From Vitrella brassicaformis CCMP3155 (taxonomy: Eukaryota > Protista > Chromerida), in the NCBI GenBank assembly GCA_001179505.1, contig CDMY01000365.1, positions 1 through 64,000 of the forward strand: 64,000 bases of DNA, read 5' to 3'. This document shows, one piece after another, positions 1 to 11,908 of this stretch. A program made the position numbers and the translations under genes. Each line of letters starts with the position of its first letter. Within the stretch, counting starts at the first letter, position 1. The notes beneath the pieces were generated by a model that made no database searches, had not been told where the DNA came from, and saw only the letters and a list, made by a program, of their open reading frames with translations.

Positions 1-100
1 AGAGCACTACTACTACGCTGCCCTGGCTGCCGAGAGGGAGGCACTCGCAATCAGCTACATCAACAAGATCCAGCTCAGCCGCCTGTCCACAAGTGCCTGA
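1..100 (+). CDS. Last exon (partial) of a hypothetical protein, paralog of the gene at 32109-33566; the rest lies upstream of the window
   Basis: Frame from nt 2 reads EHYYYAALAAEREALAISYINKIQLSRLSTSA*, with TGA at 98-100. It matches the C-terminus of ORF 32109..32321(-) except for one N/K change. Confidence 0.7.
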   Translation, partial: EHYYYAALAAEREALAISYINKIQLSRLSTSA

Positions 101-600
101 TGTGTCCGTCCGTCAGTCGGTCGGTGGTGTGGATGGGCCGTAGACCAGTAGAGTTGGTTGGTTGCCGAGCAGACGGTTGCAGAGAGACTGATATATCCTA
201 GCCAGTCGAAGGAGTGTGGTGGTGGTCAGCGGTGGACAGTCAGACAGAGAGATATGACAAGGAGGGAGGGAGGGATGGAGTAGCACGGCGGTGGACACAG
301 TGATAAGGATGGGGAGGAAGGGGGTGGGGTGGTGGTGGTGGTGGTGGACAGATCGTCTCTCTGTCTCTGTCTGTGTGCGTGTGGTTGGTCCTGCTGACAA
401 AGGGCTTGCTCTCTCTGTCCCGTCTATTTTTCTCCCTGTCTGTGTGCGTGTAAGGGGGGAGGGAGGGGGGGTGGAGGGAGCAGTGGAGGGAAGGGCTTGC
501 TCTCTCTGTCTCGTCTATTTTTCTCTCTCTCTGTCTGTCTGTCTCGTTACGGTGCCTGTCGAGCCAGTCGTCGAGTGAGTGTGGTGGACAGACAGGCCGA

Positions 601-1275
601 GTGATATGATAAGGATGGATGGATGGAGGAGCGAGAGAGACAAGGAGCCACGGAGGGAGGGGCGGTGGACAGACAAGTGATAAGGATGGGGAGGATGGAG
701 TAGCGAGAGTGATAAGGAGCCACGGAGGGAGGGGCGGTGGACTTGTCGAGCCACGGAGGGAGGGGCGGTGGACAGACAAGTGATAAGGATGGGGGGGATG
801 GAGTAGCGAGAGTGATAAGGAGCCACAAAGGGAGGGGCGGTGGACAGACAAGTGATAAGGATGGATGGATGGAGTAGCGAGAGTGATAAGGAGCCACGGA
901 GGGAGGGGCGGTGGACAGACAAGTGATAAGGATGGATGGATGGAGTAGCGAGAGAGACAAGAAGCCACGGAGGGAGGGGCGGTGGACAGACAAGTGATAA
1001 GGATGGGGAGGATGGAGTAGCGAGAGTGATAAGGAGCCACGGAGGGAGGGGCGGTGGACAGACAAGTGATAAGGATGGGGGGGATGGAGTAGCGAGAGAG
1101 ACAAGAAGCCACGGAGGGAGGGGCGGTGGACAGACAATTGATAAGGATGGGGGGGATGGAGTAGCGAGAGTGATAAGGAGCCACGGAGGGAGGGGCGGTG
1201 GACAGACAAGTGATAAGGATGGATGGATGGAGTAGCGAGAGGGCTAAGGAGCAGCGGAGGGAAGTGATAAGGATG
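601..1275. repeat. G-rich minisatellite, 71-72 bp unit, about 9 copies including partial ones
   Basis: Unit GTGATAAGGATGGGGAGGATGGAGTAGCGAGAGTGATAAGGAGCCACGGAGGGAGGGGCGGTGGACAGACAA starts at about 677, 780, 852, 923, 994, 1066, 1138 and 1210. Units are contiguous with no unique spacers. Confidence 0.95.
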
Positions 1276-2530
1276 GGGGGGGACACGCTGTGTGTTGTGT
1301 GCGGCACTCACCACACGACTCACACAGACAGACAGATATACAGACGGGGGGATGGGCTCTTTTTCGTCTCTCTCCTCCTCTCTCTCTCTTTCTATATGTG
1401 TGTGGATTGTACAGTCTGGAGAGGACAGAAGGGGCGGTCGTCCTTTTTCTCGGCCCCCTTCGAGGACTCTCTCTCTCTCTCTGTCTACGTGTGTGCGTGT
1501 GTGAGGGAGCGGTGGGCTGACTGACTGACTGGCGGACCGGTGGACGTTTGTCAAAGTGAATGTGTATACTACCCATGGCAGCTGAACGAGCTGTGTGTAA
1601 TGACATTACACCCACACACCGAAATAACGTCATGCCGCCCCATGTGAGTGCACTGCAGCACAGCCATCCCATCAACACGTCGAATTCACCGAGAGTTCGC
1701 GAAGAAAGTCAGCAGGTCAAGTATACACACGACCGACATGACATCATGATCATCAATCAACTGACGGACAGTCCCCCCGGCCCACCGATCGACGTCTGCC
1801 TGCCCACACCCCATCGACAAAGCAGCGCCTCACCTCACCCAGCCCCCGCTCTCATCCATCCATCCATCCAGCTAGGGCCATGCCCTCTTCTCCTCTCTCC
1901 AGTGCACACACACAGGCCTGCACCCATGTGTGCTGCCCCATCAGAGCCTCCTCATCTGTCTGTCTGTCTGTCTGTCTGGCCTCCTCGTCGCGACGGAGGT
2001 TCCCGGCCGATCGAATGTGTCCGTATACGCGAGAGGCAAAGCTTTTTATGTGCAGTCAGTGTCACTCACCACAACACACCACGACAACAAGCCCATTGGC
2101 AGCCGATGCGGCCGGCATGCACCACTGCCCTGCGTCTCTCTCCATGAGAAGGATGAATGTATGTATGTCCGTGTCGGGCCTGCCAGGCATCCCATTCACC
2201 GTTGTTTGTGTCAGTCACCCACCTCCCACTTGATAAAGCAATCTTGAATGAATGAATGGCCCAGCCCAGCCAGGCCAGGCACTCCATAGATAGATAGATA
2301 CGATAAAGACATACATACACTCGTATGTGCCCATGCAACGCCAGCGCACCTTATGTAGAAAGCAACACGACACACAAAGACAGACAGACACACCAAATCG
2401 CACCTACGGCTAGCTACACGGATCTATCTATCTGTCTGTCTGTCTCTGCCTCCCTCAGCGTAGCGTGCAGACGGCTCCCTCCCCATGCGATGCGATGCGA
2501 TGCGATGCGTGCAGCCCACGAGTCCATCCA

Positions 2531-5500
2531 TCATACAGTGTGGGTATTGTGCTGCTGCTGCTGGTCAGATAGGTGGCCTGTGAGTGCGGCGAGTGCCTGG
2601 GCCAGCTGGGAATCACTCTGGTGCAGCTCAGACAGGCGGTTTAGCACCTGCTGCACCAGCGACACCTGCTGCAGGCTGCCGTACAGGAACAGATGTGTCA
2701 GAGAGCCCACCGCCTTGTCGCCCAGCTGACGTTTCACACAGGGCCTACCATACATACACGACACAAACCGACACACATCAGCCCTCATACCTCCCAATTC
2801 ACTCCGCCCGCTGCCTCATTCTGCCGTGAGGGAGTGAGTGAGTGATGCGATTCACCTTCTCATTATCCGCCAGAACTTGTCAACGGTATCCCGATCGACA
2901 ACGACACCCCCCGCCGTGTGGTGCACCTGTGCATCTGTGGAAGCAGCCCTCGTGCTCACACTCGAGGTGGGAGGCTCCTCAGCTGCTGGCTGAGGGGCTT
3001 GCTGGCTGCCACCTGCAGCACAACCTCTGTTGACGATGGCTTGGCAGCTGGGGGGCTCCACAAGATCGCCGCCCGCCCCCTGCTGCTGCTGCTGCTGCGG
3101 CCGACTGCTGTCGACACGGTGATTGTTGTCGCTATCCGTTGTGGTCTTGGCGGCGTCTTGGTGCTGTCTGTATGTGGGGGTGTTGGCAAGGGGTGTGGCT
3201 TGGCATGGGTCATAGTGGTGGCTGCCGCGGATGATATTGACGGCGTCTTGCCGCATGGCCTGGTCTATGTGCCACCCTGGGTAGTCGAGAGTGCTGTTGG
3301 CGAAGGGGTTATCGATTTGCTGGCACACTATCAACAGACCGTTGAACAAACTGAGGGAGGGACGACACACACGACACGACACGCCAGGAGGCAGGCACGT
3401 GTGTGTGCAGAAGAGCGGCATCGTATCGTTGGTGTGTCGTTAATTATGGCTTACACAGGTATGATCAGAATTGTCAGGAGGTACACGGTGAGGGGCACCT
3501 GGCGACCAACACCCACGCAAGTATGCACGCCATGCATCCATACTGAGTGTGTGCCCACCAGTTGTGTGGAGTCGCCCCCGGTGCCGTCGGGGTGCTGCAC
3601 GAAGCTGATGAAGATGAGCGGCCCAATGGCCACGGCCACAACGATATTGTTGACCTTGACGAGTAAGGACACCATGTGCACATACGTCATCGGCAGCTGT
3701 GTACCAAGCTGCCCCAAAATAAAGGCAGCACCGTCCTGAAATACATATGTACCGACAGACAGACAGACAGACAGACATGAACACACACACCGCAATCAAT
3801 GCAATGCTCCTTCCGCCGCGCCTTTCCTTTCTGTCCGTTCCGCTTGGCTTGTCGCCTCACTGACTGACTGACCTGTGCGATGCTCGCCCTTTGAGTCATG
3901 AGTGTGTACATGTGGTCCGAGGGTATGACGCCATCGAGATAGAGCCTGTGGAGTATGCGGTGGATCCACACCCAGGGGATCTCCTCGCGGGTTCGCCGCA
4001 TGCTCAGCAACACACCGGCCTCCTCGTCCGTCGCCAAACCACGCAGAAACAACATCTGCACAGACAGACAGATACACACCAATGCGATGCGATGCCTCCC
4101 TCCCTTGTCGTCCTGTGTCCTGTGCTGGGCTGTGGTGTGCTGTGCTGTGGTGGTCTCTGTCTGACATACGCACGCACATTGACAAATTCTCGCTGTTCCT
4201 TGGCAGTGGATAGCTGTGATGCGTATATGAGGGCCAGTGACAGCCGGCCGTAGCGGTAGATGCGGTGGATGATCTTCTCGGCCGTGCGATCGTACTGGTC
4301 GCCATAGAAGGTGGTGAGGGTGGATACGAGGAAGGTGACGCCGCGCTGCAGCTTGTCAAGCCCTTCCTTGTACAGGCGCCACCACCTCTCCACCACCAGC
4401 GACACAAACAGACCCAACACAAAGGTGACAAGACCCATGATGCTCGTAGCGAACTCATACAGCTTCCGATTGGCCAAATCCAATGTCTGCATCGCACAGA
4501 CACACAGCAAGGAAGGGCAGATCATCTGTCCACAGACGGACAGATGCGTTGCATTGCACCTNNNNNNNNNNNNNNNNNNNNNNNNNNNNNNNNNNNNNNN
4601 NNNNNNNNNNNNNNNNNNNNNNNNNNNNNNNNNNNNNNNNNNNNNNNNNNNNNNNNNNNNNNNNNNNNNNNNNNNNNNNNNNNNNNNNNNNNNNNNNNNN
4701 NNNNNNNNNNNNNNNNNNNNNNNNNNNNNNNNNNNNNNNNNNNNNNNNNNNNNNNNNNNNNNNNNNNNNNNNNNNNNNNNNNNNNNNNNNNNNNNNNNNN
4801 NNNNNNNNNNNNNNNNNNNNNNNNNNNNNNNNNNNNNNNNNNNNNNNNNNNNNNNNNNNNNCCCCCCCCCCCCTCCCACCCCACCCACCTCTTCTGGGTC
4901 CCTGTCGTCTTTCTGTATGTGGTATGTGAATGCGAGATACATCAACAGGCCGGAGACCGCCGCAATGATCATCAGCACCAGCTGCTCTAGCCTGCAGTAC
5001 ACACGGTGCGGATCACACCGTGTGTAAGGACAACACAATCATCAGGGACAGATCGATCGGCCAGAGAGTTCTTGGCTTCCACATCCATCCATCCAGGCGT
5101 ACCAACCATAGTTTGCGGCAGTCGAAAATAGTTCCCTGCTTCATGATGAAGACCAACAGGGACACTATCCGACCCATGTCATACCTGCACACACAACACA
5201 CACAGACACCACACCACAACAGGTAGGGACTCTACATAGACAAACAGATCAATCAGGTGTCCCTCCCTCCCTCCCGCCTCGACCACAGCGCGTGCATCCA
5301 CACCTGACAATTTTGCCTTCAACGAGTTCGGCCCCTGCAGTCCACCGCCTCTCATTCCTGCACATCAGGCACATCAGGCACATCAGGCAGGCACATGAAG
5401 GCAGAGAAGAGCAGTCAGTCACGAACACGACACGCAACACACACAGATCCATAACGAACAATGCTGCCATGCCATGCCTTCCTTGGTGCGGTTGCTGTGT

Positions 5501-5645
5501 GTGTGTTACTTTACTTCAATGATCCCGTCTTGCTGTGGATGAGCCGCTCCTCCTCGTCGTGAACCGCCCCGTCAGTCCCTGTAGCGAACTCACTCTTGAT
5601 GTCCGCCTCCGCGATCGTCGCATCACGACCGACCTCACTCTCCAT
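2531..5645 (-). CDS. Bestrophin-family anion channel, multi-exon, with an assembly gap inside; 3' end uncertain (2852 or about 2531)
   Basis: Exons give LVFIMKQGTIFDCRKLWLEQL, GLVTFVLGLFVSLVVERWW, IHRIYRYGRLSLALIY, LATDEE..EEIPWVWI, QLPMTYVHMVSLLVK and GLLIVCQQIDNPF, all matching bestrophin blocks in the right order. The first exon MESEVGRDAIAE starts at the ATG at 5645. Confidence 0.85.
4562..4861. other. Assembly gap (300 N)
   Basis: Run of 300 N followed by a poly-C tract. Confidence 1.
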
Positions 5646-5975
5646 CTTTCTGCTCCTAAGGGTTTAGCTAAGTTGCACCAGTTCGAATCTCAAGAACTCC
5701 TCAAGAACTCCTCGGAAGTGAGCAGTTTCACGGAATGTCCTAGGCGGCCCACGGTGAAACGCAAGACTCGCAGTTCAAACTTGCGAACGGTGAGGGCCCG
5801 TTGGTTGAGTCACCGTTATCGTGATTCATTGGTTCATGGGTCATTTCATCCATCAGTCACTGCAAACTGTCACATTGTGGATGCAGATGGGACTGTCGGC
5901 ATGGTATAAGCACTTGGTGCCACGTGAGGCGAGGCGTACAGGCATACAAAACTGTCAAAAAACCCTCTGACGCCC

Positions 5976-6275
5976 NNNNNNNNNNNNNNNNNNNNNNNNN
6001 NNNNNNNNNNNNNNNNNNNNNNNNNNNNNNNNNNNNNNNNNNNNNNNNNNNNNNNNNNNNNNNNNNNNNNNNNNNNNNNNNNNNNNNNNNNNNNNNNNNN
6101 NNNNNNNNNNNNNNNNNNNNNNNNNNNNNNNNNNNNNNNNNNNNNNNNNNNNNNNNNNNNNNNNNNNNNNNNNNNNNNNNNNNNNNNNNNNNNNNNNNNN
6201 NNNNNNNNNNNNNNNNNNNNNNNNNNNNNNNNNNNNNNNNNNNNNNNNNNNNNNNNNNNNNNNNNNNNNNNNNNN
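5976..6275. other. Assembly gap (300 N)
   Basis: Run of 300 N. Confidence 1.
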
Positions 6276-6335
6276 CACCCCTCCCCTCTCCCGCAACACT
6301 CTCAAACCGAGCGCCAATCACCGCCACTTGCTCCA

Positions 6336-8708
6336 CTAGCTGGTGACATCTTTCCTGGCCGCCATGTTCTTTCTGTACAACCGCACCAGGAAGAAGGCCA
6401 GGCGTGTGACCTGGTACAGGCACAGCCCCCTCCACACGGTGGCGACAGTCACGGGTGCATTCAGCCCCAGCGACGCTATGCCGCTCGCCACCTGGCTCAG
6501 CTGGAGACGCTTCATGAGATATAGATAGCTGTTGGGGGCGAACAGCTGGAAGGTGTAGACCGATGCAATGAAGGCCAGCTGCCGCATCGCCAGCAGAATC
6601 CCCTCTCCCGCGCCAACCAGCGGCAGAAGCAGCAGTGACAGACCTGACGTACGCACATACGCACACAGGCCATGTGTTGCTACACACGTTGCCTCAGGGC
6701 GTCATCCGCTCATCCATCCATCCATCTGCCTGCACGCTGTGTGTCTGTCCGTTGGTCTCTCACCCAGCCAGGGCGATAGGTGCCTGATTGTGCTGATGAG
6801 CTCAGCGGCCACCGCAGCATTTCCCGCCTGATTCGTGAAGAACGGCGCCCCGACGTAGGACACGAGTGAGCTGCCAACTGCCACCAGTACCCCAGACACT
6901 GCGCCGAGTTGGAGCAGCCGTGTTTGAATGGGTGTTGACAGGGCCACCGATGACGCACTGACGTCCTGTGGCTCATCAGTATCGTCCTCGGCCGTCCTCG
7001 TGTAGAGGTACTTGGGAAGGTAGGCTTGTGCGGTTTGGCTGAGGGCGTCACAGGGCGGGCAGAAACACTGGTACAAGTTCAGCGTCACCTGAACACACAC
7101 GCAGCGGACACAAATTCTGGCCCGCCTCAGAGGCTGGTCGTGTGCATGTACTGGCTGTCTTGCCTGATGAGCGGCAAGGGAGATCGCCCCAAACACCGAG
7201 GCCACGTGGGTCATGAACCCATAGAAGGACACCTTGCCGGCGAACTGCAGAAAGCACGGCCCAAAGAAGGCAAGGAACTGCCGCATTTCCGCCACGTTCG
7301 GCGGTCTGGTGAAAGCCGCCCATCGCTGCCTCCTCTCCTCGTCATCAGATGTGCCCGTCGCCCCCTCGTTGCCCAGCATGAGTGTCCGCTTGAGCAGCTG
7401 TGACGCCAGGATGATGCTGGCAAGTCCCTGGGCCACCGCAGTGGCCCATGCAGCCCCCGCGATGCCCCGCTTTAGCACGAAGACGCCGACAAAATCGCCG
7501 ATCAGGTTGGTCACCGAGGAGGCCAGTGTGGCCAGGAATGGCGTCCGTGTATCCTTGAGTGCCAAGAGCGCTCCCTTGCTGCACATCATCAAGAGTGCGA
7601 AGGGCACGCTCAAGGCCCGGATCCGGACGTATGTCTGTGCGGCAGGCAGCACGGCGGCGGCGTTGGCGCTGGTAAACGAGGAGAGGATGGGCGACGTGAA
7701 GGCCAGCAGTGCCGTCATGAGAGCCACGCCGACCACAGATGATATCCACAGGCTGGTCGATATGACTCGACGCGCTCTCCCGTACTGCTGCTGCGCGAAT
7801 GTTGTGGCATATAGGTTGGTGGTCGCGATGCCCAGGAAGCCAAAGAGGTAGACGGAGGAGTCCACCACCTGCGTTGCGGGACCTAAAGCAGCCAGCTGCA
7901 CCGCATCCACACGACCAACAGCAGCTGCAGACAGACAGACATACCAAACACAAGGCAAGGACACGTTGGTTGGTGGGAAGCCAGGCGGGTGTGAAGGTCT
8001 GTCTGTCTGTCTGTCTGCAGCGCACGCACCTGTATCGATGAGGCTCATTAACGGGTCCTGTATCCAGATGAGCATGACGTTGAGCATAAACAGCAACAGT
8101 TCACCGAATGACGGCACGACAGGAGGCGCCGAAGCATCAACAGCATCAGAAGAGGGCACGTTCAGGAGAGTGGCGGCTGGATGGTGCGTTAGCTCGTCGG
8201 TCACCAAATACGCATCGGGAGGCACCGCAGTGACGATGGCTGAAGCGTCGCCAGCTGTGGGTGTGAAGAGAACGTTGCCGCCTGTCCCGGTGGCAGTGGT
8301 GTCGGTGTCCGTGGCCTGGAGGGCCTCAGGCTTCGTTTCGCTGCCCACATCTGCTACAGAACCGTAGATAGAGTGCGGCCGTCCGCCAAAATGTCGGGAC
8401 GAGCAACAGAGCAATGAGCGGGATGGGGGGGAGAATGCGGGGACGGCCGACCTCTTGATAGCCGAGAGGGAGGATCTCCATGAGGCCGCGTTGGCGCACA
8501 GATGAAAGACAAGAAGGAGGAAAGTCCTGATGGTGCGTTGAAAGCTGAGAAGCGGCACAGGAGGCGGACGAAGATGCCGCGTTGTCATTAGATCTAAGTC
8601 CTCTCCCCTTCTCCTCCACCCTGAGAGCGGTTTCTCCTCCTCCACAAGCAGTCGCCTCCCTGCCGTTGCGAGCTTGAGATCTCGCAAATCACGATGGATC
8701 GCATTCAT
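6336..8708 (-). CDS. MATE (DinF/DTX-like) efflux transporter with a long N-terminal extension, multi-exon; start uncertain
   Basis: WIQDPLMSLIDT..VGR..AVQLAALGP, YLFGFLGIATTNL, YVRIRALSVPFAL, DTRTPFL..NLIGD..GIAGAAWATAVAQ, LAAHQ, DALSQTAQAYLP and the last exon GEGILLAMRQL are typical of plastid-type MATEs. The TAG is at 6336-6338. Confidence 0.9.
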
Positions 8709-9000
8709 CGGTTCTTGATACGTACGCGTTGATTGCACACACAGCCGCACTTATGCCCCAGAAAAGGGGAAAAGGACTCGAGTGATGTGCATGCAAACGC
8801 GTGTCCTGGCGGAACACGCCATCCGAGCACTGACAGAAGCATGCAGCAGCACTGATCCCTATCCACTACCAACACGCGTATGTGTGCCTTCATCCAAAGA
8901 GACACAGAGGTATGGCCACTGCGATCTGATATGCAGCGTCGCACAAACTGTAGAGACACTGGGGCGCTGATTGATATTTACTTGAAGGACGGCCCTGTGT

Positions 9001-11389
9001 CTACTGGTCTTGGTCTTCATCGACTGTGTCGTCAGTGTCATCACTCCAGTCGTCGTAACCGGATTGCTGGCTATCATAGTCGCCATCATCCGCCCCACCT
9101 TCTTGATCGTCGTCCGTTTCCTCATCATCTGTCGGTTCCGACTGATCCGCCTCCCGCCTGCTCTTGTTGCTGCCTCCATGAGGCAACTTGTTCCTCCTTG
9201 ATGTGGTGAGATTGGCACGCTGTCCTTTTTTGCTTGCCTGACACAGCAACACAGCACCCACACGGATGAGCATCTGGTATTCACTTTCCTTCTTGGCTCA
9301 CCTTGTTTGTTATCAAGACGGTCGATGAGGTCAGGTCCAGCGGAGCAGATGTGGTGACATCCGCATCCGCCTCTGCATTGGCCGTCACATCCACGCCATC
9401 CGGCGGCGGCCCCGCGGTGGTCGTGTTGCTATCTTCTGTGTGTTCTGAGAGGGAAGGGAGGGGAGGGCTGGACGACAAGAGGGGCCGGGGAGTGGTTGTC
9501 GGTACGACAGAGGGATGCTGAGGGGATGGTGGCGGATGTGACGGCATGGCAGCTGGTGGGGCCGAGGGGTAGAGAAGATCGGGCGACAGAGTGAGGTCGA
9601 TGTGTGTCAAGTTATTCTGACCGGCCGCCATGTCACCGCTTGTGTGGTTGAGCTCGGGCGCCACGGTGCCAAAGACCGCCACGTCAAGCGATTCCACTTC
9701 CTGCTCGACCTTCTGCTGTTCCGATATCACGCGGCTCATCATCGACCGCAACTCATCCACCTCCTTGGACACGCTGAAGCGAGGGACAGCAGCGAAGAAC
9801 ACAGATATCTGCGTATGTGCAAGGGTGTTTTTCGTGAGCTGTGTGTACACGACGGTGCTGTTATTATCGGGCAGCCCCTGGCAGCTCTCGCACTCGATAA
9901 GGGAATCGAACAACTCCTGAGGGGCGAACGATTCCTGAGGAAACAACCAACCGACGCATTCACACATAGATGGGGCGAGAGCCTTCTCCGCCGCTTGCCT
10001 TGCCGAACATGTGCCTCGTCGGCTGTCCATTTTCATCGACGCACGTCAGCCCCAGATCGTAGTTCAGGAGATCCTGGCAACAGGACACACATGGAGTCCT
10101 TATGCTGTCGTGCATACGTGTTTGTTTGACCTCCTCACTGCAGTTGGTTTCGATCATACACGTGCCGAGACTGTTCCTCCAGGTCGCCACGCAGTCGCCA
10201 GGGCCATAATATGCCTTCTTCGGCGCGGGAGTGGTCGCACCTCACTCGCACGAGAAGCCTGAGGTCACACATCCACCCATGCAGAGCCATCTGCTTTGTC
10301 TTCTTTTGCCTTCTCCTTGCTGTGCCAGGTACCTGACCTCCTTCATTCTGTCGTGGATGAGTGTCCGCAGCACCTTGACGCGTTCGGTGGATGTCATATT
10401 AAGCAGCTCTGGCGGGAGCGACAGCGGTGCTGGAGTGGTGGGGGCCGCCGGCACAGGTGATGGCTTGGCTGTCGTGGGCGAGACGGTCGGGGTGGGCAAA
10501 AACGTCGTCTCCTTCCCAGTGTCTGATGGCGCATTTGTCGTCTTAGCGCTTGTCGAGTCCGGGGCTGCTGCTGTAGTGGCATTTGGCTGCTGGAGCGTCT
10601 GTCTGCGCCGCTGAACTTGGCTGTGGGGAGCTGCAACATACCGATCTGCCGCGGAGCGGCCCGTGCGGACATCCTCTACACACGTAAGAGAAATACATGG
10701 ACAGGAATACGAGATAGACGGACATGTATTGTGTGTGCATCCACACACCAGTGGCTATACCTCTAAGTCTGTCTTCAAATGCCAATGGCGGCAAGCACTC
10801 GTCGCAGCGTACGCCACTGTCAAAATCTTCCTCTGCGTCGGATGTGCCCACGCCGTACGAATGCAGCTGTGCCTTGTGGCCGGACGGCGAGGCGAGACGG
10901 ACGCTTGTGACATCACAGAAATAGCAAGGTGTCGTGGCTGATTTGACGCCACCTTCTTTGCGTTCTTTGTCTTACCATATGAATGCAAATTCGACGTCTG
11001 ATGTGTCGATAGCGTCGTCACACTGTGTTGCGATAACGCACGAGCCACTCTTGGACCGCGACACCTTCACACAGCTCGCCGGCCCGTACCCAGCCGCGAC
11101 AAGCTGAAGTGCGCTGAGAGGCTTGGACCCACGCTGGCACCACAGATGGGACACACGGCTCCACGATATACGCATAAGGCGTTTGTGTAGATACCGTATC
11201 GTCGATTCGATGTGTCCGGAGAGATGCAGCAAGGCTGACCGGCAGCCAGCTGATGACTGGAAGAGGGCAATCCAGAGGGGACATCCAGCATCCATGGATT
11301 TTTTTACCTGCTAGCGCCAGAGTGAGCACGTTGTGGAAGCATCTCGGCAAAGGAAACCCTCTGACGGCGCACCTACTTAGCCTCATCAT
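9001..11389 (-). CDS. Hypothetical multi-exon protein with a possible N-terminal signal, Pro/Thr-rich linkers, a coiled-coil segment and an Asp-rich tail
   Basis: Linked exons run from MMRLSRCAVRGFPLPRCFHNVLTLALA (donor GTAAAA) through Cys-containing exons, PTPTVSPTTAKPSPVPAAPTTPAP and KEVDELRSMMSRVISEQQKVEQEVESL, ending DDWSDDTDDTVDEDQDQ*. No family recognised. Confidence 0.5.
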
Positions 11390-11908
11390 GGTCCCATTTG
11401 GGATGCAGATCCAAACGTTTACAGGAGGCGGGGACAGGGTAAACTTCTACAGCCCGTGTCAGGAGCTTCCGACGAGGCACATTGAGGCGCCAAGCGTCCC
11501 GAGCAACCATGATGCAGGATCAGCTATCAGCTCCCGGCAGGGGGCTCGATGAGGAGGGGGAAGGAAAGGGAAGAGCATTGTGGACGACAGCCTAGTACAG
11601 AGGCACACAGCTAGCAGACACTGCCATGCAGACAGACATCGTTTGCGCATTCGTTGTGAGACCGATCGATCGTCCGGATGATTTCACTCCAACACGTTGG
11701 ATGATGTCTCAAGCTCCCGAGTCTTTTCGTTTTTGTCCTGACGCACACGTGTCTCCCCGCACACGGACAGTAGACTGAGTACGTCGACACAGACCACACA
11801 CACTGACCAATCGTCCGAGTCACACAGGCTCCTATCTCAGTATCGTCGGCACATGCCACACGCTGACGGCCCAAAGAGAAAATAGAGTGTGACCAGATCA
11901 CAGGCACA

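Larger units (their letters stand above)
1..1990. repeat. Copy A of an inverted segmental duplication (partner 30826-32208)
   Basis: The reverse complement of 30826-32208 aligns by eye along this whole interval, with scattered substitutions and indels. Similarity ends after CTCCTCGTCG (1981-1990). Confidence 0.93.

Noticed and set aside
601-1275. Regularly spaced repeats resembling a CRISPR array
   Set aside because: Units are contiguous with no unique spacers, there are no cas genes, and the context is eukaryotic.
240-1554. Long ORFs (355 aa, 335 aa) over the minisatellite
   Set aside because: They are open only because the repeat lacks stops, and the paralogous locus lacks most of this sequence.
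1560-2147. ORF preserved in both duplicate copies (also 30760..31266)
   Set aside because: Most substitutions I compared between copies are non-synonymous on either strand, so preservation reflects recent duplication rather than selection.
4004-6687. ORFs spanning the N runs (likewise 29349-30181)
   Set aside because: They are artefacts of translating through 300-N gaps.
6702-8750. 682-aa single-exon MATE ORF
   Set aside because: It reads through microsatellite introns (e.g. ADRQTDRP, RQPVHAHDQP), and the true last exon is in another frame (stop at 6336).
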